A program made the position numbers and the translations under genes. DNA of 64,000 nt. Source: Oikopleura dioica (Eukaryota; Animalia; Chordata). Below are positions 49,176-63,372 of this stretch, piece after piece. Positions within the stretch are counted from its first letter, which is position 1. Each line of letters opens with the position of its first letter. The stretch is taken from positions 2,852,001 through 2,916,000 of the forward strand of contig OU015566.1 of assembly GCA_907165135.1 (NCBI GenBank), given 5' to 3'. The notes beneath the pieces were generated by a model. The model searched no databases. It worked only from the letters and a program-made list of their open reading frames with translations, and was not told the DNA's origin.

Positions 49176-50209
49176 ATGAAACTCTCCGCCAGTCTTTTCG
49201 CTCTCGCCAGCGCCGATATTTGTGGCCAATGTGAAGGTAAACAGAGATCTAAAAATTTTCGACGGCTTTCTTCATTTTTTCAAAATAAAATTTTTATGTA
49301 CTGATACCCTTATTATATCAGACGAATGGCGTTTCAGACGTTTTCTTAGCTTTTTGAGTCGAAAATTTTGACTCCAAAAATTGACAATTTCACAAAATTG
49401 ACAAGGTTTTTGTTGTTTTGGCTCAAAATCATCCTCAGAATCGCCTTTTTTAATATTTTTTTCAGACCACGTCGCCGCCGTCAACGAGTGGCACAATCAA
49501 GACAACATCGTCTGCTCTCGATACACTCATCCCCGAGACTACGCCCAGTTCAACTCCCGCGCCGCCTGCAAAGAATGCAAGATCAAGTGCGTCCCCACCG
49601 AGGATGCTTGCCCCGGAACCGACGATCTCGAAGCTGGATTCTGGAACAAGACAGCGATGAAGATCCGAGAACAGTACATCGAGAGAGCCGCGCAAATGCA
49701 GGCTGAGAAGGAGAAGGAGAAAGCCGAAGCTCGATTGGCCAGAAACTTGACCAAAGAAATGGCCAAGGTAAGTGATCTTAAGAAAAAATTGATCGTTAAC
49801 GGGTTTTTCTAGTACGAGAAAATCAAGAACAAGGTCGAAGAAAAACAAGCCAAAGAAGACAACAAGGCATGGAAGAAGGCCGACTGGGAAGCCTGGCGAC
49901 AAAACAAGCGCGACGAAGCCAACGCTCGACGCGCCGCCGCCAAACAAGCCAAGAAAGAAGCTAAAGCCGCTGCCAAGGCAGCTAAAGAAGAAGCTAAGGT
50001 AAGCTGGAAGACCCTTTCCTAACCCTAACCCTTCCTTCTAGCGCAAGCGACTTGAAAAACGAGCACTCGCAGATGAGAACAAGGTCCTCTTCGCCTTCTA
50101 CGCCGATTTGGAGGAGCACTACGATCCCCTCTGCCCCGACATGTTCCTGATCAAGGACAACAAGAAACTCGCCCGACAGTATTCCGATTGGTTGATGCTC
50201 CAGGCTTAA
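49176..50209 (+). CDS. Secreted Cys-rich plus Lys/Ala/Glu coiled-coil protein (oikosin-like candidate)
   Basis: Signal MKLSASLFALASA; 4 exons with GT-AG introns; CGQC, CKECKIKC; KQAKKEAKAAAKAAKEEAK; strong codon bias. Confidence 0.8.
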
Positions 50210-50911
50210 ATGAGCCATTATTCCTAGGCCTGTGATAAGAACCTGTTATCACCAACCTTTTTATACTATTTTTTGAGGATCCCGCGACTGAGTTATATTC
50301 TAGAGACATCTCCTTAATATGATAATCAGGGCGGGATCCTTATTTTCAACCGAGCACAAAAACATCTATTTCTAACTAACTATCTGTTAATCCAGCGAGT
50401 TCCCTTTGCTCCTACTCTATCAATTTGTGAGTTCTTGAATTGCGGCATAAGTGGGAGTGCCGTGGTATTCAGTCTTATACTTGTACAGTCTTCTTCCGAG
50501 GTGAAATTAATAAACAAAAGTACTTTTATACCAATGATTTTTGATTGCCCTGAAAACTAAAGCCCGAATAAGCGACACCAAGCGAGCATTTTTCTCTTTC
50601 TTTTCTGCCTGGAGGACCCCTCCTACTGGAAGAATTTCAAATTGAAAGAAGAATAATCTCTTCCAAGGAATTCTTCACTTATTTCTCGTTATTTTAACAA
50701 AATTGTCGATTTTTCATTTGAAATAATTAAAAATTTATTTATTGCCTTCAGAAATTTTTCATTTCTTCATAAAGCGGGTTGATTCGTGCAAAGTGTACAG
50801 GTCCTTGCTTTTCATAAATTTCAAAGAACAGTTGTTTTGATTAAAAAGGGACGATGAAGATACATTTTCTACAGGTCACATGTTGTACTGTTATGCTGGA
50901 AGAAAAGATGT

Positions 50912-53240
50912 TCATTCGTGGTAAATGAATTTGAATAAATAGTTTGCGACGAGGGCTAGAGCAAATGCGAAGTAGAATTTGTAGCGGTTGTCGTTGATGA
51001 TTTCTGACCAGCGTCGCTTGGTTTTTCGCTCTTTCATCAAAATATCCACCGCATCAGAAAACTTTTAAAATCAGATTTGAGAATTCTAGCGGCTTTTAAT
51101 TTTACCTTGTAGTTTCCGGGTCGATAGCCAAGCTCATTTTTCGCCGCAGTGATATCGCAATAATGCGACAAACACACTTTTAGGCACTCGTTTCGAGTAA
51201 CAATGGGCTCGAGGCGAAATCCAAAAGCCACAAGTAGGAATGACGTTAGCTTTTCGCTTAGATACGCGAAGAAGAATACTGAAAGAAAACGCTTGAATGC
51301 AGGAATTGGAAGGAATGCGCTTACCTAGGTAAAATGGCAAGCTGATTTGAGGTAGTGGTTGCTCCATGGCTTTGAACAAAGGAAAAAGAAAAACATATGG
51401 GTCGGATGGCGCGTCGTCGGAGATGTTGTACGCTGATTTAGTGCTCATTTTAGTGCTGTTACTCATTTATATCAGCAGCTCGCAAGCCTTACCAGATTTT
51501 TAAACGAATTTCTGTCTGACAGACAGAAAAAATGACCAATTCCTTTTCCACAAGAAACATCAATCCCCTCCTTCAACTTCCTGTCCGCACAAATATGCGC
51601 TTCGACCAGATTCATCACATGACACCAGTCAAGAATACAAGTCCCAATTCCAAATTTGAAGATTGTGACGCCTTGCTCTATTCTAGACGCGATCCGGGGC
51701 AGATGTTTCTTCTCGTGCTCGCTTTTAAAAAGGTTCGGAAAAGGGGGATGAGGAGGGATAATCGGAGTTTTGAGGTTTTTGAAGATTAAAGTTTTTAAAA
51801 GAATTAGATTTTTGCTGATTGATTGCTTTAAAAGAATTTGTAAATGCTTTTATATTTTCCGACCTAAGCCATAAATTCCATTCGGTCGGAGGGCACAAGT
51901 CCTAAAATCCTCGTTGTTTGCAGCGAGAACCATTTTTTCAGCCTCTTTCTTTGTCTTCGAGTACCAATCATATTGATCCTTATCGTCTGGGTAGGGCTCT
52001 TCTTCTGTGACATTGACAAGCTCTTTTTTGCTGAAGATAACGTTGTAGGATGATGTGAAGATGAATCGCTTGACGTTGTGTTTTTGCGAAAGATTGAGGA
52101 TATTTGAAGTACCGTTGACATTTACTGAAAAAAAGAGGAAAATGTTTATCTTGTGATTCAAGTCTTCCTGTTTAAAACTTACCTTTTTTATTCAAATTTT
52201 CGTCTAGTTGATAGCTCCCCGTCATCCCCGCACTTGCTGTATGAAAAATAACTTCTGCTCCTTTGATCAGAGGCTCCATTTCCTCCTTCGAAAGCATGTT
52301 CGCACGGTGGAACACGCATTTCTCCGGGAGTTTTGATTCGGGAGGGTTCAAATCTGAAGAAAAAGATCATCATTGTGAACTTTTTGTTTATAATTTTTGC
52401 CAGTTGTGATAATTGACCACGTGATTAAAATAAAGGAGGGGCAAGATTGGAGATTTGTTTGTTCTTCTGTGGTATTATTTTGGGTTCAGGAAAAGAAAAC
52501 AATTAGGGTCGATGAGGGGGTCGGGGTTAAACCATTCTAGTTTTGATATATAGGGGGCTATAGCCTATAGGGGGTGTTTTTGGGCTAGGGTTAGGGTTAG
52601 GTTACCCTTATCTTAACCCAAACCAAACCATTCTTTTCCAGAGTTGGATACTTTTTCCTTCGAAATTTCTAGCAATGGAGAAAAAAGAGCCTGAAACATG
52701 TCATAAAGAACTCCGGAAGAAAATCCTTCTGACATTTTCAACCTGTCTTTATGTCTACACTGCGGCCAGAAAACCTGGTTTTCCTCGTTTTCTTGAAGTC
52801 AAGTCGAGAATTATCAATATTCCATATTGACGGCTTTCGCGATGGAACAAGGCTTTTTGTAATCAGTGCTTAGTGGCTTTTGAACAGAACACAATTATCA
52901 AATGCCAAAGGATTATTGAGCGAACGTGATCAACTTCGCTTTTTTCCGAAGAACGATCAAGTTTATGCCAAACAGACGTGATAACTTAGTGATAAATACG
53001 ATGTTCGTAATTAAACTTCTGAACAATTTTACGATGAGCAACATTTCAAATTGATGATGTGAGAAAATCGTTTTTCGGGAGGGAGATTTTAATGGAGAAA
53101 AAGAGGGATACCCTTAAGTTTGACTTACCAACACATCTGACGACATAACCTTCTTCAGCCAGCGCCTTCACCAATCTCTGTCCGAAATAGCCGCTCGATC
53201 CCGTTACCAGGGCGATGCTCTCTTCCATGATTTCAACCAA
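50912..53240 (-). CDS. SDR42E1: Extended SDR, 3-beta-HSD family (SDR42E1-like)
   Basis: LVTGSSGYFG, IFHTASAGMTG, FTSSYNVIF, YSKTK, RTCALRPNGIYG, HLPRI; C-terminal TM helix. Confidence 0.85.
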
Positions 53241-54245
53241 TTAATTGAATCAACTGACTTTTAAAAATCGAACTTCAAATTGATATTCTAAATATTTAGA
53301 ATGCAGAGTTATTTCCTGATTGAAAGGAAAGAGAAGGGGAAATGCGCCGGCGCGCCCTCGGGCCGCCAACACCGCGCCTGAAGTTTACTACTTTATCGCG
53401 AAATCACGCCCGACGCGGAAAAGAATTTCGCTCTGAGATTCGCATTCCGATGGACAAGCTGTTCTTCGACGACCCAAAAATGAGCATTTTTCAATATCTT
53501 AAAAAATAGAAAAAAGAGCACCAAAAATCCACAAAAATCGCAAAATCCCATCAAAATCACAATAAAGACAGAAGCCAATCAAAAATTTTCATTGATCAAA
53601 AGGCTAAAGATCTATTTCGGTTGATTAACAGCTTGAATTATTTTTGGTTCAATTTTGATTTATTCGAAACAAATTGCTTTTTTGTTCTTTTGATTGAAAT
53701 CATTCAATTGCCGGCTTGTTCTTTACTGTATGTATTGTTCGTTTCAGGACAAATAGAAGTCTTTTCGTCACGCAACGTTTTCGTGACGCAAAGAAATTAA
53801 ACGACCTTGAATGATGGAACTTGAAATCAAGATAGAGCAATTTCGATGATTTTTTTTATTTGAATAGATTGTTCTGGCTTGGGTCAAAGTAAAAAAGTTC
53901 GTCTGTTAAGCCAACAACAAGAAAATCGTTTCAATTAACTTACCAGTAATCAGAAAAGAGGCACTGTCAAACACGTGATTAGATAAATGGATTCGTGGTT
54001 CTGGACAGACAAGGTGTCTGACAGTATTCATCGAAATAAGCTTACTCAATCAATTTGTAATTGACAATTTAAGGTCGAGTAATAAAGAATGTCGAAAATT
54101 TCGATTCAAAAAAGAAGTGTTCTTTTATGTAAAAATAAGTAATATCGCCTGAAATTGTAAATGGTTCGATTTGGACCGAACTTGTTAAACAAATTGTCAG
54201 CTTCATTTTTCAGCGAGATTTGCACTCGTAGGTTCCCACGCGTAA

Positions 54246-54710
<465 letters not shown>

Positions 54711-54815
54711 AAACGCTTTTATTCAACTGTAAAGACGAGAATAAACCATTTTCGTGAATTTTCTTATCAACCGGTTCAATCGGGCCGAACCAATTTTGCG
54801 AAACTATCGTGTTAG

Positions 54816-55273
<458 letters not shown>

Positions 55274-55399
55274 CTTTAAAACGGGGCGAAATGAAATTTT
55301 TCTCTTCCTTTTTTTCAAAAAATCTAAATTTCACTTTTTTTCGCGTTCTCCTCTTTTCTTTATCATTGAATTCTTATTTCAACATCATCGAAAACAGGG

Positions 55400-56226
55400 C
55401 TCTAGAAAGCAGAGTTCGAAATCTGGTAGAAAATCCGTGCTCCCGCTCCCTCCCTGCTCCTTCACCCTGAAAAAAAGGGAGCTCCCTCGTAAAAAACCCG
55501 TGCTCCTGCTCCCTCCCTGCTCCCAAAAAAGGGAGCTCCCTTTGGGAGCTCCCAATTTTGCTCCCTTTTTTCAAATTTCAAAAATTTTCGAAAGTTTTTA
55601 ATTTTATTAAGTAAACTCTAAGTAGCAAAACCATCGTATGGTTATTATATAGCAATGATAAAGAAAGTATAAATAGGCATAATGCCAAATAGGCGAATTT
55701 CGTGAATGACTTCAATATTTTCTTTTTAAAATTACATAACCAAATTTAGGTCAATTTTAGGCTATTTATTTATATCAAATTTCAGAAGAGACATTTAAAA
55801 ATAAATCTAATCAAAAAACGTCTCTTCTAATGAAAATCTGAGCAATCACGGTATCATAATTAATAATTATGCTTATAATCTGAGAAAAATACATTATGTT
55901 GAAATTATTAAAGTCAAACTAGATGTTATTTTGGCTAGATATTTATATGATAATTTAAAAGAGACGTTTATAAATATATCTAGTGAAAAAAACGTCTCTT
56001 CTAAGAGAAAAACTATAAAGTTAGCGTTTCTCATTTTTCGGTGCGCAGATTAGATTCTAGACTAAAAATTGTTGATTTTCAAAAAATTTTTGAAATTGGG
56101 AGCAAATTGGGAGCTCCCAATTTACTCCCAGCCCTGAAAACCTGTGCTCCTGCTCCCTCCGTGCTCCCAAAAAAGGGAGCTCCCTTTGGAAGCTCCCAAT
56201 TTTACTCCCATAGATTTCGAACTCTG
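55400..56226. mobile_element. Non-autonomous hAT-type element
   Basis: Exact 8-bp TSD CTAGAAAG (55392-55399 and 56227-56234); TIR CAGAGTTCGAAATCT; subterminal GGGAGCTCCC arrays. Confidence 0.9.
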
Positions 56227-56913
56227 CTAGAAAGCACCAAAAACTAAAAGTAAATGTTCTTAATTTTTTTTCTCGAAAAAGATTGGCGTTTTTCCAGCCG
56301 AAAGACGCAGTAATAAATCTATTGATGAAATTCTACTCGAGGCTGAGCTGAAATCAATGCCGCTGCAGGCAGTCTCGTCCATCCAAAAATCGCCAAGGGC
56401 GGCTTGTGTTTTCCCGCTGCGGGCTAACGACTGGATTATAATTGGGAAATTTAATTAGTTCTCCCTTTTTTCATCCCTGGGCAATGCTTATGTAGAGCGG
56501 TTTTTAAAGAGATGATTTTGAAATCAACGAAGAGACTTTGATCAAGCAAGTAAGCCTTTTTGATCGTTAAAAACTTAAAACCGAATCTTTTATATTTAAC
56601 CGATTTTAATTGCTTTCCTGACCTTTTGTTCGCATATCCTTTGATATACTATTTAAATGCTTTGCTGCAATTAACAATTGTTTTTTTTTCAGCGTCTCTT
56701 TTTCTTGTCTCATTAGCTTTGCAAACAAAAGATTTTGGAATTTACTTTCCGCGAAAAAGTGCAACTCTTTCAGAATAACGAAAAATGCCGATGGAGATGA
56801 TAGATTGAGAGAGATTCAAGAGGAAAAGATTATGGTGATTTTGGTCGTCGTTGGATGGCCTAGGATTAAGTTCAAGGAGAAGAAGAAAAGGTGAGTTCTT
56901 TCATATGTCTGAT

Positions 56914-57252
56914 CAGAATTGCAAATTTTGCTTTATTTCTGCTGAGCTGAGCTGAGTTGAGCTCAGTAAAATTTCTCTGAACTGATCGGGCCTTTTTCAG
57001 ATGTCATTGAGCTGAGCTGAGCTGAGCGTTCTTTTTTCAGAGTTTATTGAGCTGAGCTGAGCTGAGCAGGCATTTTCTAAAAGTAGTTGAGCTTTTTTAA
57101 GCAGACCCTTTTTAGAGCTGAGCTGAGCTGGAAGTTTATTGTCTGAGCTGAGCTGAGCAGGCCAGATAATTTTTGAAAATCACGGAGCTGAGCTTAGCTG
57201 AGCGTATGCTTAGCTCACTAAGCCAGCTCAGCTCACCAAATTTGCAATTTTT
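56914..57252. mobile_element. hAT-like MITE with (GCTGA)n arrays, in a probable intron
   Basis: 8-bp TSD TGTCTGAT (56906-56913 and 57253-57260); TIR CAGAATTGCAAA with 2 mismatches at the right end. Confidence 0.75.
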
Positions 57253-57577
57253 TGTCTGATTCATATTCTTTTTTATGCTTTAAAATTTTTAGCTTTGATG
57301 AGGAAGCAAATAAATCACAATATCTCTACAGTTCCCAAGGACCGCGAGTCATGAATGTCCTTAATTACTCGCATCAATAAATTAAACCCTGTTTCTCAAG
57401 TGCATATTTTCCAGCTGCATATTAAAGATCGCGTCAGCACTTGAGAGTTCTATTAGCTCATGTGATTGCCTCTCGCCGATGATTGTCGGGCAATTTTGGA
57501 GCTCACTGAGCCGCGGCAAATTGCTCGAGCTACTTGTTGGAAACAAATTGTAGAATTCAAGGCTCAGAGTTTTTTTA

Positions 57578-58085
57578 ATGACCCGCGGGAAAGAATCGCT
57601 TCAAGAGAGCTCTGATGATGAAGTGTTTGAAAGAATCAGTCCGCTGCCGAGGAAAATTGAGAGTGCTGGAATGAGAAAAGATAGTCTAAGAAGATCGCCC
57701 AAGGTAAAGTTTTTGGTGACAAGATGCGTCGAAAAAACTGCTAAAATTCTCGGGAGATTTTTTTTTGATTTTTTTCTTTTTATGATTTTAGGACATCAAA
57801 GAATTCAAAACCCTCCTCCTGAGTCAAATCACCAGCTCAAGCGGCCTAAAACCTCGCCTCTCCGCCGCCGAGCGCTTGAAAATCCAACCGGGAAAGAGCC
57901 TCAAAGAACTGTACAAACCTCAATCTTCATCAATCCAGATCTCCGCTCGATCATCAAACTCTAGAAAGAGCAGCACAAAACAGAAATTAACCTCAATCTC
58001 AGAAGAAAATAACGATGTGAAAAAAGCTCAAAATGATGATGGATTATTACGAGCGCCAACAGTTTCTCTCGATTCTGATCTGTAA
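57578..58085 (+). CDS. Ser/Lys-rich low-complexity protein, uncharacterised
   Basis: ATG 57578, GT-AG intron after RRSPK, continuous frame to stop 58085. Confidence 0.45.
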
Positions 58086-58296
58086 ATAGATAAAAACGCT
58101 GTCAAGATTTTTCGTTATTTCTTTCTTCGACAGATGTGACACTGACCTAAATCAGGCTGTTTTTTTCCCGAAACAGTCCACTTTATCGGACAGTTTGCGA
58201 TTGTCTTCTTCGTGAACGACAAACTTCTGCGTCTTTGAATAATTCAATCCTTCCAGGAATAAAAGCAGGACGCAAACTTGGAAGTCCGAAAAAGCG

Positions 58297-58599
58297 ATGA
58301 GATTTGTTTGTTTCATTTTTTTCGCAGCTGTTTTTAGCCGAGGAGTAACAGTATATGATCTTCATAATATCTTCAATTTCTGTATGAAAGGTAAATACAT
58401 TCTCTTTTGCAATTCCTCGAAAGAAATTCTAGGGCTGCTTTCAAATGATAAGCGATACGCCAATCTCATGGCGGAACCGAATTCGCAATCATTCTTCAGC
58501 CTTGAAATAGCCTGTGACCAGTACATCAGCCTTATAATGATGAAAAAGGATCTCTATCAAAAACCAGTCCATACAATTGATGACCATCACTTCGCGTAA
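58297..58599 (+). CDS. Small putative secreted protein
   Basis: Signal-like MRFVCFIFFAAVFSRG; 100-codon ORF, possible micro-intron. Confidence 0.4.
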   Translation: MRFVCFIFFAAVFSRGVTVYDLHNIFNFCMKGKYILFCNSSKEILGLLSNDKRYANLMAEPNSQSFFSLEIACDQYISLIMMKKDLYQKPVHTIDDHHFA

Positions 58600-58835
58600 T
58601 AACAACAAACACTTATTTTGATAAAGAAAGAAACAACAAAATTTATATTTGATAATTTTTATTTAAAAAGAAAGTATAAAAATGCAATATACAATGGAAA
58701 TTTAGTGGTTCTCCCATTTTCCAAAGCGTTTGAGGATTTCCCGGGAAGGATTAAGAGGGTTGAATGTACAATTTTTTTTCTTCATCGTTGTTTGATTTTG
58801 CTTCGTGAGAGTTGGCTTCAGGGTGCATCATCGCT

Positions 58836-59920
58836 TTACAATGGCTGGTCGCATCCCATCAAGTGGAATTTTTTTTCGACGAGTCGGTAGGTCAGATTGT
58901 CGAGTTTTCGGTTCGTGAGTTTTGGTCGTCGGAATCGCTGTTCTTCGAATTTCAGATCGGCGTAGGTGTCGAAGCAGACAAATCTGAAAATGTTGAAGAA
59001 AAATTCTTGATTTTTCAATTATACCGTTCATAGAAACTTCTGAGCGAAGTCATGAAATTGTTGATGGAGACGCAATGATTGACGGAATCGATGACAATTG
59101 GGACGAATTCAGCAGAATCCCCAGCGGCAGCCCAGTTGGTGCAGGAATCGGCAGCCATTTCTTCGAACCAGGCGAAGTTGAAGCTGAATTTTCGCTTGAA
59201 CAGCTCGGTTTTTCGGGTCTGGATGTGGTCTTTCTTGTGATCGTGTTCGACGAAAATGGTGGACTGAAATGAATTTCGATAAAAAAGTTTCGAATCGAGA
59301 AAATCGCCGAAGAAGATTTTCTGTCCGGGAACTTACTGTAAGAGTATTGAAAGCATCCATGATCCTGATCCAAGCAATTTCGTTTTCTTCCAATTCGACC
59401 GCCTCAAATTGCGCTTCGAAACCTGGTTGCACGATGATGTCTTCATTCGACTTGAAAACCAGCGTCATGACATTGTTCGTACTCAAGAAGCTGAAGTTGT
59501 CCTGTCCATCAATGCCGCAGAGCCTCGCCGCTTCGGCGTTTCCGTCCGGTCCGTCGTAGATGATCACCGCGTCTTGATCGCACTCGTTGGTGAATCCGAC
59601 GCCGTCGAGCTTGAAGGAGTTGAAGGTCTGGACGATTTTGAAGCCCTCGGGTGCTTCGACGTTGATTCGAATGTACTGGTCAGGGTAGTAGTCGCCAGAA
59701 GTAGGGTCGGTTGGAAGCGTGTAGGTTTGAATGTCGCCGGGGCCGGTTAGAAGGATGGTTTCGCGGGCGGTCGTGTCGGGGGTCCAGATTCTGACTTCAT
59801 CGAGGCTGGAAGCGGATGAGTCTGAAGATGGGATGTCTCGAGCCAGAGCGATGGATGCGATTAAATTGAAGGCCTAAAAGGGTCGTTGAATAAATAAAAT
59901 GAAATGTTTTTTGCTTTCAT
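58836..59920 (-). CDS. Secreted CUB-domain protein, paralog of 7458-8506
   Basis: ATG AAA, GC-AG intron 59914-59874, signal; VIIYDGPDG, LCG, TNNVMTLVF; shared HKKDHIQ..FVC..MGC C-terminal domain. Confidence 0.85.
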
Positions 59921-62157
59921 GGTGACACCCTTATTTCTCAAATTTATTTTTTCATTGATTTTGATTTTAAAAATTCGCAAAAATTAACTTTTTCTGAGTA
60001 AGAAAATAAAGAATAAGGTGCGATCGAAATCGAAATTCCTTAAGGGTATCGCGATGAAAATTTGAAAAAATAAAAAAATTGATAGTTTTTCTTACCTTCA
60101 TATTTAGTAAAAATTCTCTGATGAAGAAAAATGATGAAGAATTCGTAGATCTGTCGCGATTTATAAAGAATTTTTTGCTGCTCTCCGGCGGCGCCAGACT
60201 CTCAAAACATTTTTTTCCTGGATGCGGGAGCAATGTTCGTTTGAGGATCTGTTTGAGACGATAACAAGCGCCAAGGATGGAAATTCTTGCGTAAATGTGA
60301 GACATTGTTACGCGTCCAAACAGCTTGGCTCAGACAGTTTTCTAAGTCGAATTAGGAAACTTAATTCTGTATGTTTCCGGATAGTTGTTGTGTTAGCTTC
60401 TTCTCGAGAATACGGAAGAAAAAGAGCATCCGGAATACTCATTACTGCGTTTGTTTTTCGAAAGAACGGAACTTGACGAAACCAAGTCCTCAAGTCTTCT
60501 GGAAACTTTTGACGTACTGTTAGGTAAAATAAATTAGGTAAAAAACAATATTTTTACTCGATATCGGGCGAGAGTCAAAATTGAACGCCATAAACAAAGA
60601 AAATTCGGTGTAATGTTCGATTTCATTTGAAAGCGGCTGTTTTAACCGTCAACACAGGGGTATCTCAAGTTCGCTTGTTTTTCTTACAAATGACGTTCAG
60701 GGCGCTTGGATTACGAAGTTGATTTGACCAAAATAATCAAATTCATTTATTTTTTTTTTTGAAAGCAAAGTAACTCAGACTTATTTTGAAAATTTTCTTT
60801 GATTTAGGGATCATTTAGGAAAAAAATGATTTTTGACTTATGAATCTGCAAAAATCATCCTAAAATTTTTTTTTTGGCCCGAATCAGCCAAAAATTATCA
60901 AATTCGAGGGGAAATTTAGAATCATCAAAAATAAACGGGAGCTTTAACAACAATTCTTTATTTTGCTCACATCAAAAAAGTTACCCCCGCGCCATGGACA
61001 TGTTTTTAAATGAAAGCAAGTGAACTTGAGAGAACTCTTTGTTGATCGTCGAAATAACGACTTCATAATGAGATTGATCGGCTCCAGAATTATTACTATG
61101 GTTTGTAGAAAACACGAAAACAAGAAAATCTTATCGATCAATTTTTTTAAATTTCGAATTTCATCAGAAAATATTTTGAAAAATTTTCGTCAATTTTAAC
61201 TAAACCAATTTTTTATGGTTTTCTAAAGTTATTTTAGAAGAAGAAAGTCTCGCTTGATGTGTCATCAAAACCTACCGGTGCATAATTCTAAAGAAATGTT
61301 CATGTATTGCGTTTTTTAGCGACAATGTTGAGGGTCTAAATTATTTAAGTGTAAATCCGCGGTTCAAAGAATGAACAAAAGACATAACAGTCTCTTCGAA
61401 ATTATCCAGCTTCGTTTCTAAATAAAGCTGTTTCCTCCGCAAACCGGTGTTAATTAACTTTCTTTATTATAGACATGGGAACAAGCGGCTGTGTTGGCAG
61501 AAAACATCAGGATTCAATCAAGACGGGTTAGTAGTATTGAAGATAAAACATTGTGGTATTGCAACACTTTGTTTCGATGTAGTAATTCGCTGATTCCTCG
61601 ATTCTCACTAATAAAAGAACTTCCACATTAACCTCATAAGACTCGAGATGATCTTTTTAGACATTGCAAAACCCAGTTTTGCAGATGTAACATCTCATTT
61701 TGCAGCATTAATGACCATTGGCCGTAAAGTCTATAAATAAAGAGATCAATTTCGCTGCTGACACGTTATATTAACACATTTCAATTAACGCCGTGATACC
61801 CTTATTAATTTTTCCATGCAATTTTCTGTTCTATACGGGGAGGTGTCAGAAACCGACAAATAATTTCGGCAAATTTCGCGCGGAAATTTTCAACCAATCA
61901 AAAGCCCTGGTTCGGCTAACTGGCCAGTCAGTGGCCGATGAGCCGCCCACGCATAATTTTTCGGAATTTTTGTGTCGGTTTCTGACGCAACCCTTAATTA
62001 AATTGGGAATCTTTGAAAAAAAAAACGATTTTCTCTCATAAAGACGGCGTATTTACATTTTGTCAATAACTGCTTGCTTAGCTCTCACGTTTATTTTTTC
62101 TTGCTGATCCTGGCGAAACGCGTCCGTGAAAAAACCGCGAGAAAAAAAAAAGAAAAA

Positions 62158-63372
62158 ATGAGGGAGAAAAACGAAGAAAAAGATACATTAAATTTCATGC
62201 TTTGGAATTTTTCATTTCTGTGTTCCTGCATAAATGGGATCATTATTTTGAGCTCGAGATGGATGGTGACGAACAGGAAGGAATCCATGAGTTTGGCAAT
62301 TGGAAGTGAATATTGGAAGGGGATCTTTGCTCAATGTGTCAGGTAAAATTTCCTTATAAAAATTTTTATTACGTTGCAATTTCAAAAAGCGGCTCTGTAA
62401 AAGTTGCAATAAATATTTCGTTTTTTTTTAAATCTGATTGGTCTACATGCCAAATGTGCAAATCTGATTCGTCGTAACTTTGGCTGAATATTGGTCCAAT
62501 TTTTCCGTCGATTCATTCTGCCTCCTTCTTATTTATGAGCAAAAGTAATAGCCACTTATCCAAGAACTTACCATAATCTTATTGATGGAGAGAAATTAAG
62601 AGTCTCACTATGTTAGCCCTTGTATAAACCTTGTAAGTTGAGTCCGATTCCACGTTTTGAAAACATTAACTCTGGGTCTCTCTTGAACAACGAAAATCAT
62701 ATTCATTATTTTAAAATGAATTTTGAATTTTAAAAACCTCTAGCGCTAATGAGATGAATTTTCACTGCGATAATTACGAGGTCCCGTGGTTTCTATTCGA
62801 CTCTTTGGTCCTTTCATCCAGGTTTTTCATGGTTCTAGCCCTCGTTTTCGTTATTATCGGCCAGATTCTTATGTTTGTCTGCGGTGGCTGGAATCATTTG
62901 CTTTCAAGGTTAAAATTTCATTCCCTATTATTTTCGCTTAATCCCTTTTTCAGGTCGAAAGAAGAAAATCCCCGAATTTTCAAAAACCTTGTCCGGGTTT
63001 CTGCCTTTTTCTTTTTCCTTGCTGGCGTTTTTCTCATCATCGTTTCGTCTCTTTTCACCGATATAATTCTCAAGTCATATTCGAGCGACACGAAATTCGG
63101 TCCCGTCAATGGAAATATCGTCGTTCAGCAGCAAAATCAAAATACTGTCAGATACGAATTCGGAGTTTGTCTCTGTAAGATATTTTCAGAAATTTTGTTT
63201 TTTGAAAATTTTAGATCTCGGCTTCATTTTTGGGTTTTTCGAGCTCTCCCTTGGTTTGGCAACGCTCTGCCTGAATCCATATTTAAAAAGAAACCAAGAA
63301 GAGGAAGAGCCAGATGAAAGATCTGATCTTCAATACGGCTACGATGGCGAAACTTTTCATTCTTATCAATAA
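62158..63372 (+). CDS. Claudin/PMP-22 family four-TM protein
   Basis: ECL1 W..WKGIFAQC..C; four hydrophobic helices; RYEFGVCLYLGF before TM4; ends SYQ; start codon uncertain. Confidence 0.85.

Noticed and set aside
50231-50535. Possible solo LTR (starts TG, AATAAA near end)
   Set aside because: No target-site duplication or second copy found.
59967-60530. Adjacent minus-strand ORFs that might form a gene
   Set aside because: Could not be joined with plausible splice sites; no recognisable domain.
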